Virus record (IMG/VR): IMGVR_UViG_2627854066_000006 | Strand: one strand, 5' to 3' | Length of the DNA: 44,766 nucleotides | DNA from: a virus | Taxonomy: Duplodnaviria; Heunggongvirae; Uroviricota; Caudoviricetes | Part shown: positions 36,559 to 44,766 of the stretch, piece after piece | Numbering within the stretch: the first letter of the stretch is position 1 | How the letters are laid out: each line of letters starts with the position of its first letter | Notes under the pieces: model-generated | What the model was told of the DNA's origin: nothing | Databases searched by the model: none | The model's input: only the letters and a program-made list of their open reading frames with translations | Program-made: the position numbers and the translations under genes

Positions 36559-39500
36559 ATGGGCAAAGGCAGCAGTAAGGGGCATACCCCGCGCGAAGCG
36601 AAGGACAACCTGAAATCCACGCAGTTACTGAGTGTGATCGATGCCATCAGCGAAGGGCCGATTGAAGGTCCGGTGGATGGATTAAAAAGCGTGCTGCTGA
36701 ACAGTACACCGGTGCTGGACAGTGAGGGGAATACCAACATCGCCGGTGTCACGGTGGTGTTCCGGGCAGGTGAACAGGAGCAGACACCGCCGGAGGGATT
36801 TGAATCCTCCGGATCCGAGACGGTGCTGGGTACGGAAGTGAAATACGACACGCCGATCACCCGGACCATCACGTCTGCAAACATCGACCGTCTGCGCTTT
36901 ACCTTCGGTGTGCAGGCACTGGTGGAAACCACCTCAAAGGGGGACCGGAATCCATCGGAAGTCCGCCTGCTGGTTCAGATACAACGTAACGGTGGCTGGG
37001 TGACGGAAAAAGACATCACCATTAAGGGCAAAACCACCTCGCAGTATCTGGCCTCGGTGGTGGTGGGTAACCTGCCGCCGCGCCCGTTTAATATCCGGAT
37101 GCGCAGGATGACGCCGGACAGCACCACAGACCAGCTGCAGAACAAAACGCTCTGGTCGTCATACACCGAAATCATCGATGTGAAACAGTGCTACCCGAAC
37201 ACGGCACTGGTCGGCGTGCAGGTGGACTCGGAGCAGTTCGGCAGCCAGCAGGTGAGCCGTAATTATCATCTTCGCGGACGCATTCTGCAGGTGCCGTCGA
37301 ACTATAACCCGCAGACGCGGCAATACAGCGGTATCTGGGACGGAACGTTTAAGCCAGCATACAGCAACAACATGGCCTGGTGTCTGTGGGATATGCTGAC
37401 CCACCCGCGCTACGGCATGGGGAAACGTCTTGGTGCGGCGGATGTGGATAAATGGGCGCTGTATGTCATCGGCCAGTACTGCGACCAGTCAGTGCCGGAC
37501 GGTTTTAGCGGCACGGAGCCGCGCATCACCTGTAATGCCTACCTGACCACGCAGCGTAAGGCGTGGGATGTGCTCAGTGATTTCTGCTCGGCGATGCGCT
37601 GTATGCCGGTATGGAACGGGCAGACGCTGACGTTCGTGCAGGACCGACCATCAGATAAGGTGTGGACCTATAACCGCAGTAATGTGGTGATGCCGGATGA
37701 TGGCGCGCCGTTCCGCTACAGCTTCAGCGCCCTGAAGGACCGCCATAATGCCGTTGAGGTGAACTGGATTGACCCGAACAACGGCTGGGAGACGGCGACA
37801 GAGCTTGTTGAAGATACGCAGGCCATTGCCCGTTACGGTCGTAATGTCACGAAGATGGATGCCTTTGGCTGTACCAGCCGGGGGCAGGCACACCGCGCCG
37901 GGCTGTGGCTGATTAAAACGGAACTGCTGGAGACGCAGACCGTGGATTTCAGCGTGGGTGCTGAAGGGCTTCGCCATGTACCGGGCGATGTCATTGAAAT
38001 CTGCGATGATGACTATGCCGGTATCAGCACCGGTGGTCGCGTGCTGGCGGTGAACAGTCAGACCCGGACGCTGACGCTCGACCGTGAAATCACGCTGCCA
38101 TCTTCCGGCACCACGCTGATAAGCCTGGTTGACGGGCAGGGGAGTCCGGTCAGCGTGGAGGTTCAGTCCGTCACCGACGGCGTGAAGGTGAAAGTGAGCC
38201 GTGTTCCTGACGGCGTTGCCGAATACAGCGTGTGGGGGCTGAAGCTGCCGACGCTGCGCCAGCGCCTGTTCCGCTGTGTGAGTATCCGTGAGAACGATGA
38301 CGGTACGTATGCCATCACCGCCGTGCAGCATGTACCGGAAAAAGAAGCCATCGTGGATAACGGGGCGCACTTTGACGGCGACCAGAGCGGCACGGTGAAC
38401 GGTGTCACGCCGCCAGCGGTGCAGCACCTGACTGCCGAAGTCACCGCAGACAGCGGGGAATATCAGGTGCTGGCGCGCTGGGATACGCCGAAGGTGGTGA
38501 AGGGGGTGAGCTTTATGCTTCGCCTGACCGTGGCCGCGGATGACGGCAGTGAGCGGCTGGTCAGCACGGCCCGGACGACGGAAACCGCATACCGCTTCAC
38601 GCAACTGGCGCTGGGGAACTACAGGCTGACAGTCCGGGCGGTAAATGCGTGGGGACAGCAGGGCGATCCGGCGTCGGTATCGTTCCGGATTGCCGCACCG
38701 GTAGCACCGTCGCGGATTGAGCTGACGCCGGGGTATTTTCAGATAACCGCCACGCCGCATCTTGCCGTTTATGACCCGACGGTACAGTTTGAGTTCTGGT
38801 TTTCGGAAAAGCGGATTACCGATATCAGGCAGGTTGAAACCACAGCGCGCTACCTTGGCACGGGGCTGTACTGGATAGCCGCCAGTATCAATATCAAACC
38901 GGGCCATGATTATTACTTTTATATCCGCAGTGTGAACACCGTTGGCAAATCGGCATTCGTGGAGGCCGTCGGTCGGGCGAGCGATGATGCGGAAGGTTAC
39001 CTGGATTTTTTCAAAGGCGAGATAGGGAAAACCCATCTGGCTCAGGAGCTGTGGACGCAGATTGATAACGGTCAGCTTGCGCCTGACCTGGCTGAAATCA
39101 GGACGTCCATTACGAATGTCAGCAATGAAATCACGCAGACCGTCAATAAAAAACTGGAAGACCAGAGTGCGGCAATCCAGCAGATACAGAAAGTTCAGGT
39201 TGATACAAATAATAACCTGAACAGCATGTGGGCCGTGAAACTGCAGCAGATGAAGGACGGACGCCTTTATATTGCGGGTATCGGAGCCGGTATTGAGAAT
39301 ACGCCAGCAGGTATGCAGAGTCAGGTGCTTCTGGCTGCTGACCGGATTGCGATGATTAATCCTGCGAATGGCAACACAAAGCCGATGTTTGTTGGTCAGG
39401 GCGATCAGATATTCATGAACGACGTGTTCCTGAAACGCCTGACGGCTCCGACCATTACCAGCGGCGGTAATCCTCCGGCATTTTCCCTGACACCGGACGG

Positions 39501-40038
39501 GCGGCTGACGGCGAAAAATGCCGATATCAGCGGTAACGTGAATGCGAACTCCGGGACGCTCAACAACGTCACGATTAACGAGAACTGTCGGGTTCTGGGA
39601 AAATTGTCCGCCAACCAGATTGAAGGCGATCTCGTTAAAACAGTGGGCAAAGCTTTCCCCCGGGACTCCCGTGCACCGGAACGGTGGCCATCAGGGACCA
39701 TCACCGTCAGGGTTTATGACGATCAGCCGTTTGACCGGCAGATTGTTATTCCGGCGGTGGCATTCAGCGGCGCTAAACATGAGCGGGAGAATAACGATAT
39801 TTATTCGTCATGCCGCCTGATAGTACGGAAAAACGGTGCTGAAATTTATAACCGTACCGCGCTGGATAATACGCTGATTTACAGTGGTGTTATTGATATG
39901 CCAGCTGGTCGCGGCCACATGACGCTGGAGTTTTCGGTGTCATCATGGCTGGTAAATGACTGGTATCCCACAGCAAGTATCAGCGATTTGCTGGTTGTGG
40001 TGATGAAGAAAGCCACCGCAGGCATCAGTATTCGTTGA
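36559..40038 (+). CDS. J: Tail tip / host specificity protein J
   Basis: 1159 aa; [38 protein letters not shown]... matches recalled lambda gpJ through most of its length, diverging in the C-terminal receptor-binding region. Confidence 0.9.
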   Translation: MGKGSSKGHTPREAKDNLKSTQLLSVIDAISEGPIEGPVDGLKSVLLNSTPVLDSEGNTNIAGVTVVFRAGEQEQTPPEGFESSGSETVLGTEVKYDTPITRTITSANIDRLRFTFGVQALVETTSKGDRNPSEVRLLVQIQRNGGWVTEKDITIKGKTTSQYLASVVVGNLPPRPFNIRMRRMTPDSTTDQLQNKTLWSSYTEIIDVKQCYPNTALVGVQVDSEQFGSQQVSRNYHLRGRILQVPSNYNPQTRQYSGIWDGTFKPAYSNNMAWCLWDMLTHPRYGMGKRLGAADVDKWALYVIGQYCDQSVPDGFSGTEPRITCNAYLTTQRKAWDVLSDFCSAMRCMPVWNGQTLTFVQDRPSDKVWTYNRSNVVMPDDGAPFRYSFSALKDRHNAVEVNWIDPNNGWETATELVEDTQAIARYGRNVTKMDAFGCTSRGQAHRAGLWLIKTELLETQTVDFSVGAEGLRHVPGDVIEICDDDYAGISTGGRVLAVNSQTRTLTLDREITLPSSGTTLISLVDGQGSPVSVEVQSVTDGVKVKVSRVPDGVAEYSVWGLKLPTLRQRLFRCVSIRENDDGTYAITAVQHVPEKEAIVDNGAHFDGDQSGTVNGVTPPAVQHLTAEVTADSGEYQVLARWDTPKVVKGVSFMLRLTVAADDGSERLVSTARTTETAYRFTQLALGNYRLTVRAVNAWGQQGDPASVSFRIAAPVAPSRIELTPGYFQITATPHLAVYDPTVQFEFWFSEKRITDIRQVETTARYLGTGLYWIAASINIKPGHDYYFYIRSVNTVGKSAFVEAVGRASDDAEGYLDFFKGEIGKTHLAQELWTQIDNGQLAPDLAEIRTSITNVSNEITQTVNKKLEDQSAAIQQIQKVQVDTNNNLNSMWAVKLQQMKDGRLYIAGIGAGIENTPAGMQSQVLLAADRIAMINPANGNTKPMFVGQGDQIFMNDVFLKRLTAPTITSGGNPPAFSLTPDGRLTAKNADISGNVNANSGTLNNVTINENCRVLGKLSANQIEGDLVKTVGKAFPRDSRAPERWPSGTITVRVYDDQPFDRQIVIPAVAFSGAKHERENNDIYSSCRLIVRKNGAEIYNRTALDNTLIYSGVIDMPAGRGHMTLEFSVSSWLVNDWYPTASISDLLVVVMKKATAGISIR

Positions 40039-40107
40039 AATTGTTATAACCCATATAAGGGCGCCAGAAATGGCGCCTTTTTTATTGCAGAAAAGCGAGA
40101 GGTAATT

Positions 40108-40707
40108 ATGCGTAAAGTTTGTGCAGCCATTTTGTCCGCAGCCATCTGTCTGGCCGTATCCGGTGCGCCTGCATGGGCGTCTGAGCAGCAGGCCACGCTG
40201 AGCGCAGGGTATCTTCATGCCCGTACGAACGCTTCCGGCAGCGATAATCTGAACGGGATTAACGTGAAATACCGTTATGAGTTTACGGACACGCTGGGGC
40301 TGATTACGTCATTCAGTTATGCCAACGCTGAAGATGAGCAAAAAACGCATTACAGCGATACCCGCTGGCATGAGGATTCCGTGCGTAATCGCTGGTTCAG
40401 CGTGATGGCGGGGCCGTCTGTGCGCGTGAATGAATGGTTCAGCGCGTATGCGATGGCGGGTATGGCTTACAGCCGTGTGTCGACTTTCTCCGGGGATTAT
40501 CTCCGCGTAACTGACAACAAGGGGAAAAAGCACGATGTGCTGACCGGAAGTGATGACGGTCGCCACAGCAACACGTCTCTGGCGTGGGGAGCTGGCGTGC
40601 AGTTTAACCCGACCGAATCCGTGGCCATTGATGTCGCTTATGAAGGCTCCGGCAGTGGTGACTGGCGCACTGACGGGTTCATCGTGGGTGTTGGTTATAA
40701 ATTCTGA
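40108..40707 (+). CDS. lom: Lom-like outer membrane beta-barrel protein (Ail/Lom/OmpX family)
   Basis: Signal peptide MRKVCAAILSAAICLAVSGAPAWA, alternating beta-strand pattern, C-terminal ...GVGYKF; position after J as in lambda. Confidence 0.85.
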   Translation: MRKVCAAILSAAICLAVSGAPAWASEQQATLSAGYLHARTNASGSDNLNGINVKYRYEFTDTLGLITSFSYANAEDEQKTHYSDTRWHEDSVRNRWFSVMAGPSVRVNEWFSAYAMAGMAYSRVSTFSGDYLRVTDNKGKKHDVLTGSDDGRHSNTSLAWGAGVQFNPTESVAIDVAYEGSGSGDWRTDGFIVGVGYKF

Positions 40708-40771
40708 TTAGCCAGGTAACACAGTGTTATGACAGCCCGCCGGTTCAGGCGGGCTTTTTTGTGGGGTGAAT

Positions 40772-43700
40772 ATGGCAGTAAAAATTTCAGGTGTACTGAA
40801 AGACGGCACAGGAAAACCGGTACAGAACTGCACAATCCAGCTGAAAGCAAAACGTAACAGTACCACGGTGGTGGTGAACACGCTGGCCTCAGAAAATCCG
40901 GATGAAGCCGGGCGTTACAGCATGGACGTTGAGTACGGTCAGTACAGCGTTATTTTGTTGGTGGAGGGATTCCCGCCGTCACATGCCGGGACCATCACCG
41001 TGTATGAAGATTCTCAACCCGGTACGCTGAATGATTTTCTCGGTGCCATGACGGAGGATGATGCCCGTCCGGAGGCACTGCGCCGCTTTGAACTGATGGT
41101 GGAAGAGGTGGCGCGTAACGCGTCCGCAGTGGCGCAGAACACAGCAGCCGCGAAGAAGTCAGCCAGCGATGCCAGCACATCAGCCCGTGAGGCGGCAACC
41201 CATGCGACTGATGCTGCAGGCTCAGCACGTGCAGCCAGCACATCAGCCGGGCAGGCCGCGACGTCGGCTCAGTCAGCGTCTTCCAGCGCAGGAACGGCAT
41301 CAACAAAGGCTACTGAAGCATCAAAAAGTGCTGCCGCTGCAGAGTCCTCAAAAAGCGCGGCAGCTACCAGTGCCAGTGCCGCGAAAACGTCAGAAACGAA
41401 TGCGGCAGCGTCACAAAAATCTGCAGCCACTTCTGCATCCACCGCGACCACGAAAGCGTCAGAAGCTGCCACCTCAGCCCGGGATGCGGCGGCCTCAAAA
41501 GAGGCAGCGAAATCATCAGAAACGAGCGCAGCCTCGAGCGCCAGCAGCGCAGCTTCCTCGGCAACGGCGGCAGGAAATTCCGCGAAGGCGGCAAAGACGT
41601 CCGAGACGAACGCCAGGTCTTCTGAAACGGCAGCGGGACAGAGTGCCTCAGCTGCGGCAGGCTCAAAAACAGCGGCTGCATCATCTGCCAGTGCCGCGTC
41701 AACAAGTGCCGGGCAGGCCTCAGCCAGTGCCACCGCTGCCGGAAAGTCGGCAGAAAGTGCTGCATCGTCTGCTTCAACAGCCACAACGAAGGCTGGCGAA
41801 GCCGCTGTACAGGCCAGCGCAGCAGCGAGGTCAGCTTCCGCAGCGAAGACATCCGAGACGAACGCGAAAGCGTCGGAAACCAGCGCAGAATCCTCAAAAA
41901 CGGCTGCCGCATCATCCGCCAGTTCGGCGGCGTCATCGGCATCATCGGCGTCTGCTTCAAAAGATGAGGCGACCAGACAGGCGTCAGCAGCGAAGGGCAG
42001 CGCCACGACGGCATCCACAAAGGCGACAGAGGCTGCTGGCAGTGCGACAGCGGCAGCACAGAGCAAAAGTACGGCAGAATCCGCAGCAACGCGCGCTGAG
42101 ACAGCGGCAAAACGGGCAGAGGATATTGCATCCGCCGTGGCGCTTGAGGATGCGAGCACGACGAAAAAGGGGATAGTACAGCTCAGCAGTGCGACCAACA
42201 GCACTTCCGAGTCACTGGCGGCAACGCCAAAGGCAGTAAAAGCAGCCTATGACAATGCAGAGAAACGTCTGCAGAAAGACCAGAACGGCGCTGATATACC
42301 CGATAAGGTACGCTTCCTGAACAACATTAACGCGGTCAGTAAAACAGACTTTGCTGATAAGCGTGGTATGCGTTATGTGCGGGTTAACGCTCCTGCAGGT
42401 GCAACATCTGGAAAATATTACCCTGTTGTTGTTATGCGTTCTGCTGGCTCAGTAAGCGAACTGGCATCAAGGGTCATTATCACCACGGCAACGCGAACCG
42501 CAGGCGATCCGATGAATAACTGCGAGTTTAACGGATTTGTTATGCCTGGTGGCTGGACTGACAGGGGGCGTTATGCTTATGGAATGTTCTGGCAATATCA
42601 AAACAATGAACGAGCCATCCACTCAATAATGATGAGTAATAAGGGCGATGATTTGCGCTCTGTGTTCTATGTTGATGGCGCTGCTTTCCCTGTTTTTGCG
42701 TTCATCGAAGATGGCCTGTCAATATCCGCACCTGGTGCTGATCTCGTTGTTAATGATACGACCTATAAGTTTGGGGCAACAAATCCAGCGACTGAATGTA
42801 TCGCGGCGGACGTTATCCTTGATTTTAAGAGTGGGCGTGGTTTTTATGAGTCCCATTCGTTAATCGTTAACGATAACTTGTCGTGCAAAAAACTTTTTGC
42901 CACAGACGAAATTGTAGCGCGTGGTGGTAATCAGATTCGAATGATAGGTGGGGAGTATGGTGCATTATGGCGTAATGATGGCGCTAAAACTTACCTGCTG
43001 CTTACCAATCAAGGTGATGTTTATGGTGGCTGGAATACATTAAGACCGTTTGCTATTGATAACGCAACCGGCGAACTGGTTATTGGAACCAAACTGTCCG
43101 CAAGTCTGAACGGTAATGCATTAACAGCAACAAAGCTGCAAACGCCAAGACTGGTTTCTGGTGTTGAGTTTGATGGTTCCAAAGATATTACTTTAACCGC
43201 CGCGCATGTGGCTGCTTTTGCCAGAAGGGCAACGGATACATATGCCGATGCGGATGGTGGCGTTCCCTGGAATGCCGAATCAGGCGCTTATAATGTCACC
43301 CGCTCTGGCGACAGCTATATTCTGGTTAACTTCTATACCGGAGTCGGAAGTTGCCGGACCCTGCAGATGAAGGCGCATTACAGAAATGGTGGTCTGTTCT
43401 ACCGTTCTTCAAGAGATGGCTATGGTTTTGAGGAAGACTGGGCAGAAGTTTATACCTCGAAAAATCTTCCACCAGAAAGCTACCCAGTCGGCGCACCAAT
43501 CCCGTGGCCATCAGATACCGTTCCGTCTGGTTATGCCCTGATGCAGGGGCAGACTTTTGACAAATCTGCCTACCCGAAACTTGCTGCCGCTTATCCGTCA
43601 GGCGTGATCCCTGATATGCGTGGCTGGACGATTAAGGGCAAACCTGCCAGTGGTCGTGCCGTATTGTCTCAGGAACAGGACGGCATTAAATCGCACACCC

Positions 43701-44185
43701 ACAGCGCCAGCGCATCCAGTACGGATTTGGGGACGAAAACCACATCGTCGTTTGATTACGGCACTAAATCCACGAATAACACCGGGGCGCATACGCACAG
43801 TCTGAGTGGCTCTACGGGGTCTGCCGGTGCTCATACTCATGGTAATGGTATTCGTTGGCCAGGAGGCGGCGGTTCTGCGTTAGCATTTTATGATGGCGGT
43901 GGGTTCACTTATGTCAAGGATTCACAGTATCAAGTAAGCCCGGGGACTTCTTCCAGTAGATCGTATTATCAACGTATTCAGACACAGTCAGCAGGTGCTC
44001 ATACCCACTCGCTGTCTGGTACTGCAGCAAGTTCTGGCGCACATGCACATACTGTAGGTATTGGTGCGCATACGCACTCGGTTGCGATTGGCTCACATGG
44101 ACACACCATCACCGTTAACGCTGCTGGTAACGCGGAAAACACCGTCAAAAACATCGCATTTAACTATATTGTGAGGCTCGCATAA
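40772..44185 (+). CDS. stf: Side tail fibre protein Stf
   Basis: [26 protein letters not shown]... N-terminus, long Ala/Ser/Thr-rich repeat region, C-terminal GAHTHS/HxH repeats ending ...[18 protein letters not shown], matching recalled lambda Stf. Confidence 0.9.
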   Translation: MAVKISGVLKDGTGKPVQNCTIQLKAKRNSTTVVVNTLASENPDEAGRYSMDVEYGQYSVILLVEGFPPSHAGTITVYEDSQPGTLNDFLGAMTEDDARPEALRRFELMVEEVARNASAVAQNTAAAKKSASDASTSAREAATHATDAAGSARAASTSAGQAATSAQSASSSAGTASTKATEASKSAAAAESSKSAAATSASAAKTSETNAAASQKSAATSASTATTKASEAATSARDAAASKEAAKSSETSAASSASSAASSATAAGNSAKAAKTSETNARSSETAAGQSASAAAGSKTAAASSASAASTSAGQASASATAAGKSAESAASSASTATTKAGEAAVQASAAARSASAAKTSETNAKASETSAESSKTAAASSASSAASSASSASASKDEATRQASAAKGSATTASTKATEAAGSATAAAQSKSTAESAATRAETAAKRAEDIASAVALEDASTTKKGIVQLSSATNSTSESLAATPKAVKAAYDNAEKRLQKDQNGADIPDKVRFLNNINAVSKTDFADKRGMRYVRVNAPAGATSGKYYPVVVMRSAGSVSELASRVIITTATRTAGDPMNNCEFNGFVMPGGWTDRGRYAYGMFWQYQNNERAIHSIMMSNKGDDLRSVFYVDGAAFPVFAFIEDGLSISAPGADLVVNDTTYKFGATNPATECIAADVILDFKSGRGFYESHSLIVNDNLSCKKLFATDEIVARGGNQIRMIGGEYGALWRNDGAKTYLLLTNQGDVYGGWNTLRPFAIDNATGELVIGTKLSASLNGNALTATKLQTPRLVSGVEFDGSKDITLTAAHVAAFARRATDTYADADGGVPWNAESGAYNVTRSGDSYILVNFYTGVGSCRTLQMKAHYRNGGLFYRSSRDGYGFEEDWAEVYTSKNLPPESYPVGAPIPWPSDTVPSGYALMQGQTFDKSAYPKLAAAYPSGVIPDMRGWTIKGKPASGRAVLSQEQDGIKSHTHSASASSTDLGTKTTSSFDYGTKSTNNTGAHTHSLSGSTGSAGAHTHGNGIRWPGGGGSALAFYDGGGFTYVKDSQYQVSPGTSSSRSYYQRIQTQSAGAHTHSLSGTAASSGAHAHTVGIGAHTHSVAIGSHGHTITVNAAGNAENTVKNIAFNYIVRLA

Positions 44186-44766
44186 TGGCATTCAGAATGA
44201 GTGAACAAGCACGGACCATAAAAATTTATAACCTGCTGGCCGGAACTAATGAATTTATTGGTGAAGGTGACGCATATATTCCGCCTCATACAGGTCTGCC
44301 TGCAAACAGTACCGATATTGCACCGCCAGATATTCCGGCAGGCTTCGTGGCTGTTTTCAACAGTGATGAGGCATCGTGGCATCTCGTTGAAGACCATCGT
44401 GGTAAAACGGTCTATGACGTGGCTTCCGGCGACGCGTTATTTATTTCTGAACTCGGCTCATTACCGGAAAATGTCACCTGGTTATCCCCGGAAGGGGAGT
44501 TTCAGAAGTGGAACGGCACAGCCTGGGTGAAAGATGCAGAAGCAGAAAAACTGTTCCGGATCCGGGAGGCGGAAGAAACAAAAAACAGCCTGATGCAGGT
44601 AGCCAGCGAGCATATTGCGCCGCTTCAGGATGCTGCAGATCTGGAAATTGCAACGGAGGAAGAAACCTCATTGCTGGAAGCCTGGAAAAAGTATCGGGTG
44701 TTGCTGAACCGTGTTAATACAACAACTGCACCGGATATTGAATGGCCAGTAGCACCTATAGGGTAA
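44185..44766 (+). CDS. tfa: Tail fibre assembly protein Tfa
   Basis: [54 protein letters not shown]... matches recalled lambda Tfa; ATAATG overlap with the stf stop; complete with stop at the window end. Confidence 0.85.
   Translation: MAFRMSEQARTIKIYNLLAGTNEFIGEGDAYIPPHTGLPANSTDIAPPDIPAGFVAVFNSDEASWHLVEDHRGKTVYDVASGDALFISELGSLPENVTWLSPEGEFQKWNGTAWVKDAEAEKLFRIREAEETKNSLMQVASEHIAPLQDAADLEIATEEETSLLEAWKKYRVLLNRVNTTTAPDIEWPVAPIG

Noticed and set aside
37651-39036. 461-aa minus-strand ORF inside J
   Set aside because: Entirely antisense to the well-supported J frame; Arg/Pro/Gly-rich with no start context; typical antisense ORF in GC-rich coding DNA.
41169-42204. Three long ORFs (335, 311 and 255 aa) on both strands inside the stf repeat region
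   Set aside because: Low-complexity Pro/Arg/Gln- or Ala-rich translations fully nested in the stf frame, which has clear homology; they are artefacts of the GC-rich repeat.
1-44766. CRISPR arrays or rRNA genes
   Set aside because: No regularly spaced direct repeats with unique spacers and no rRNA-like sequence anywhere in the window; the only structured repeats are the iterons, operator motifs and IS ends listed.

Overview
This window is the left ~44 kb of a lambdoid prophage integrated at the 3' end of tRNA-Ser (CGA) serU beside host mtfA, almost certainly in Escherichia coli or Shigella. All calls come from reading the sequence and the ORF track and from recalled protein families; no database search was run. 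Coordinates I derived by hand (tRNA, dicF, repeats, IS ends) may be off by 1-2 bp. Layout: mtfA (-) | serU (+) / attL | leftward early operon int-xis-exonuclease-ydfD-dicB-dicF-ydfC-ydfB-ydfA under a DicA-like repressor (Qin-type immunity region) | rightward cro-like, YdaT-like, replication protein with internal iterons, QueH-family protein, hok toxin, DUF968, rusA, Q-like protein | AT-rich two-gene module | lysis cassette | AT-rich islet | HNH, terS, terL, HK97-type portal/protease/capsid, connectors, major tail, G/T chaperone, tape measure, then lambda-like M-L-K-I-J-lom-stf-tfa. The prophage looks defective: terL is frameshifted, the portal gene is split by an IS91-family element, and the major tail gene is split by an IS66-family element with a perfect 8-bp target duplication. 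The best candidate for an undescribed system is the AT-rich, translationally coupled pair at 13621-15171 (346-aa soluble protein plus 169-aa four-helix membrane protein) sitting in the Q-to-lysis moron slot; I recognise no family for either protein. attR is not in the window.
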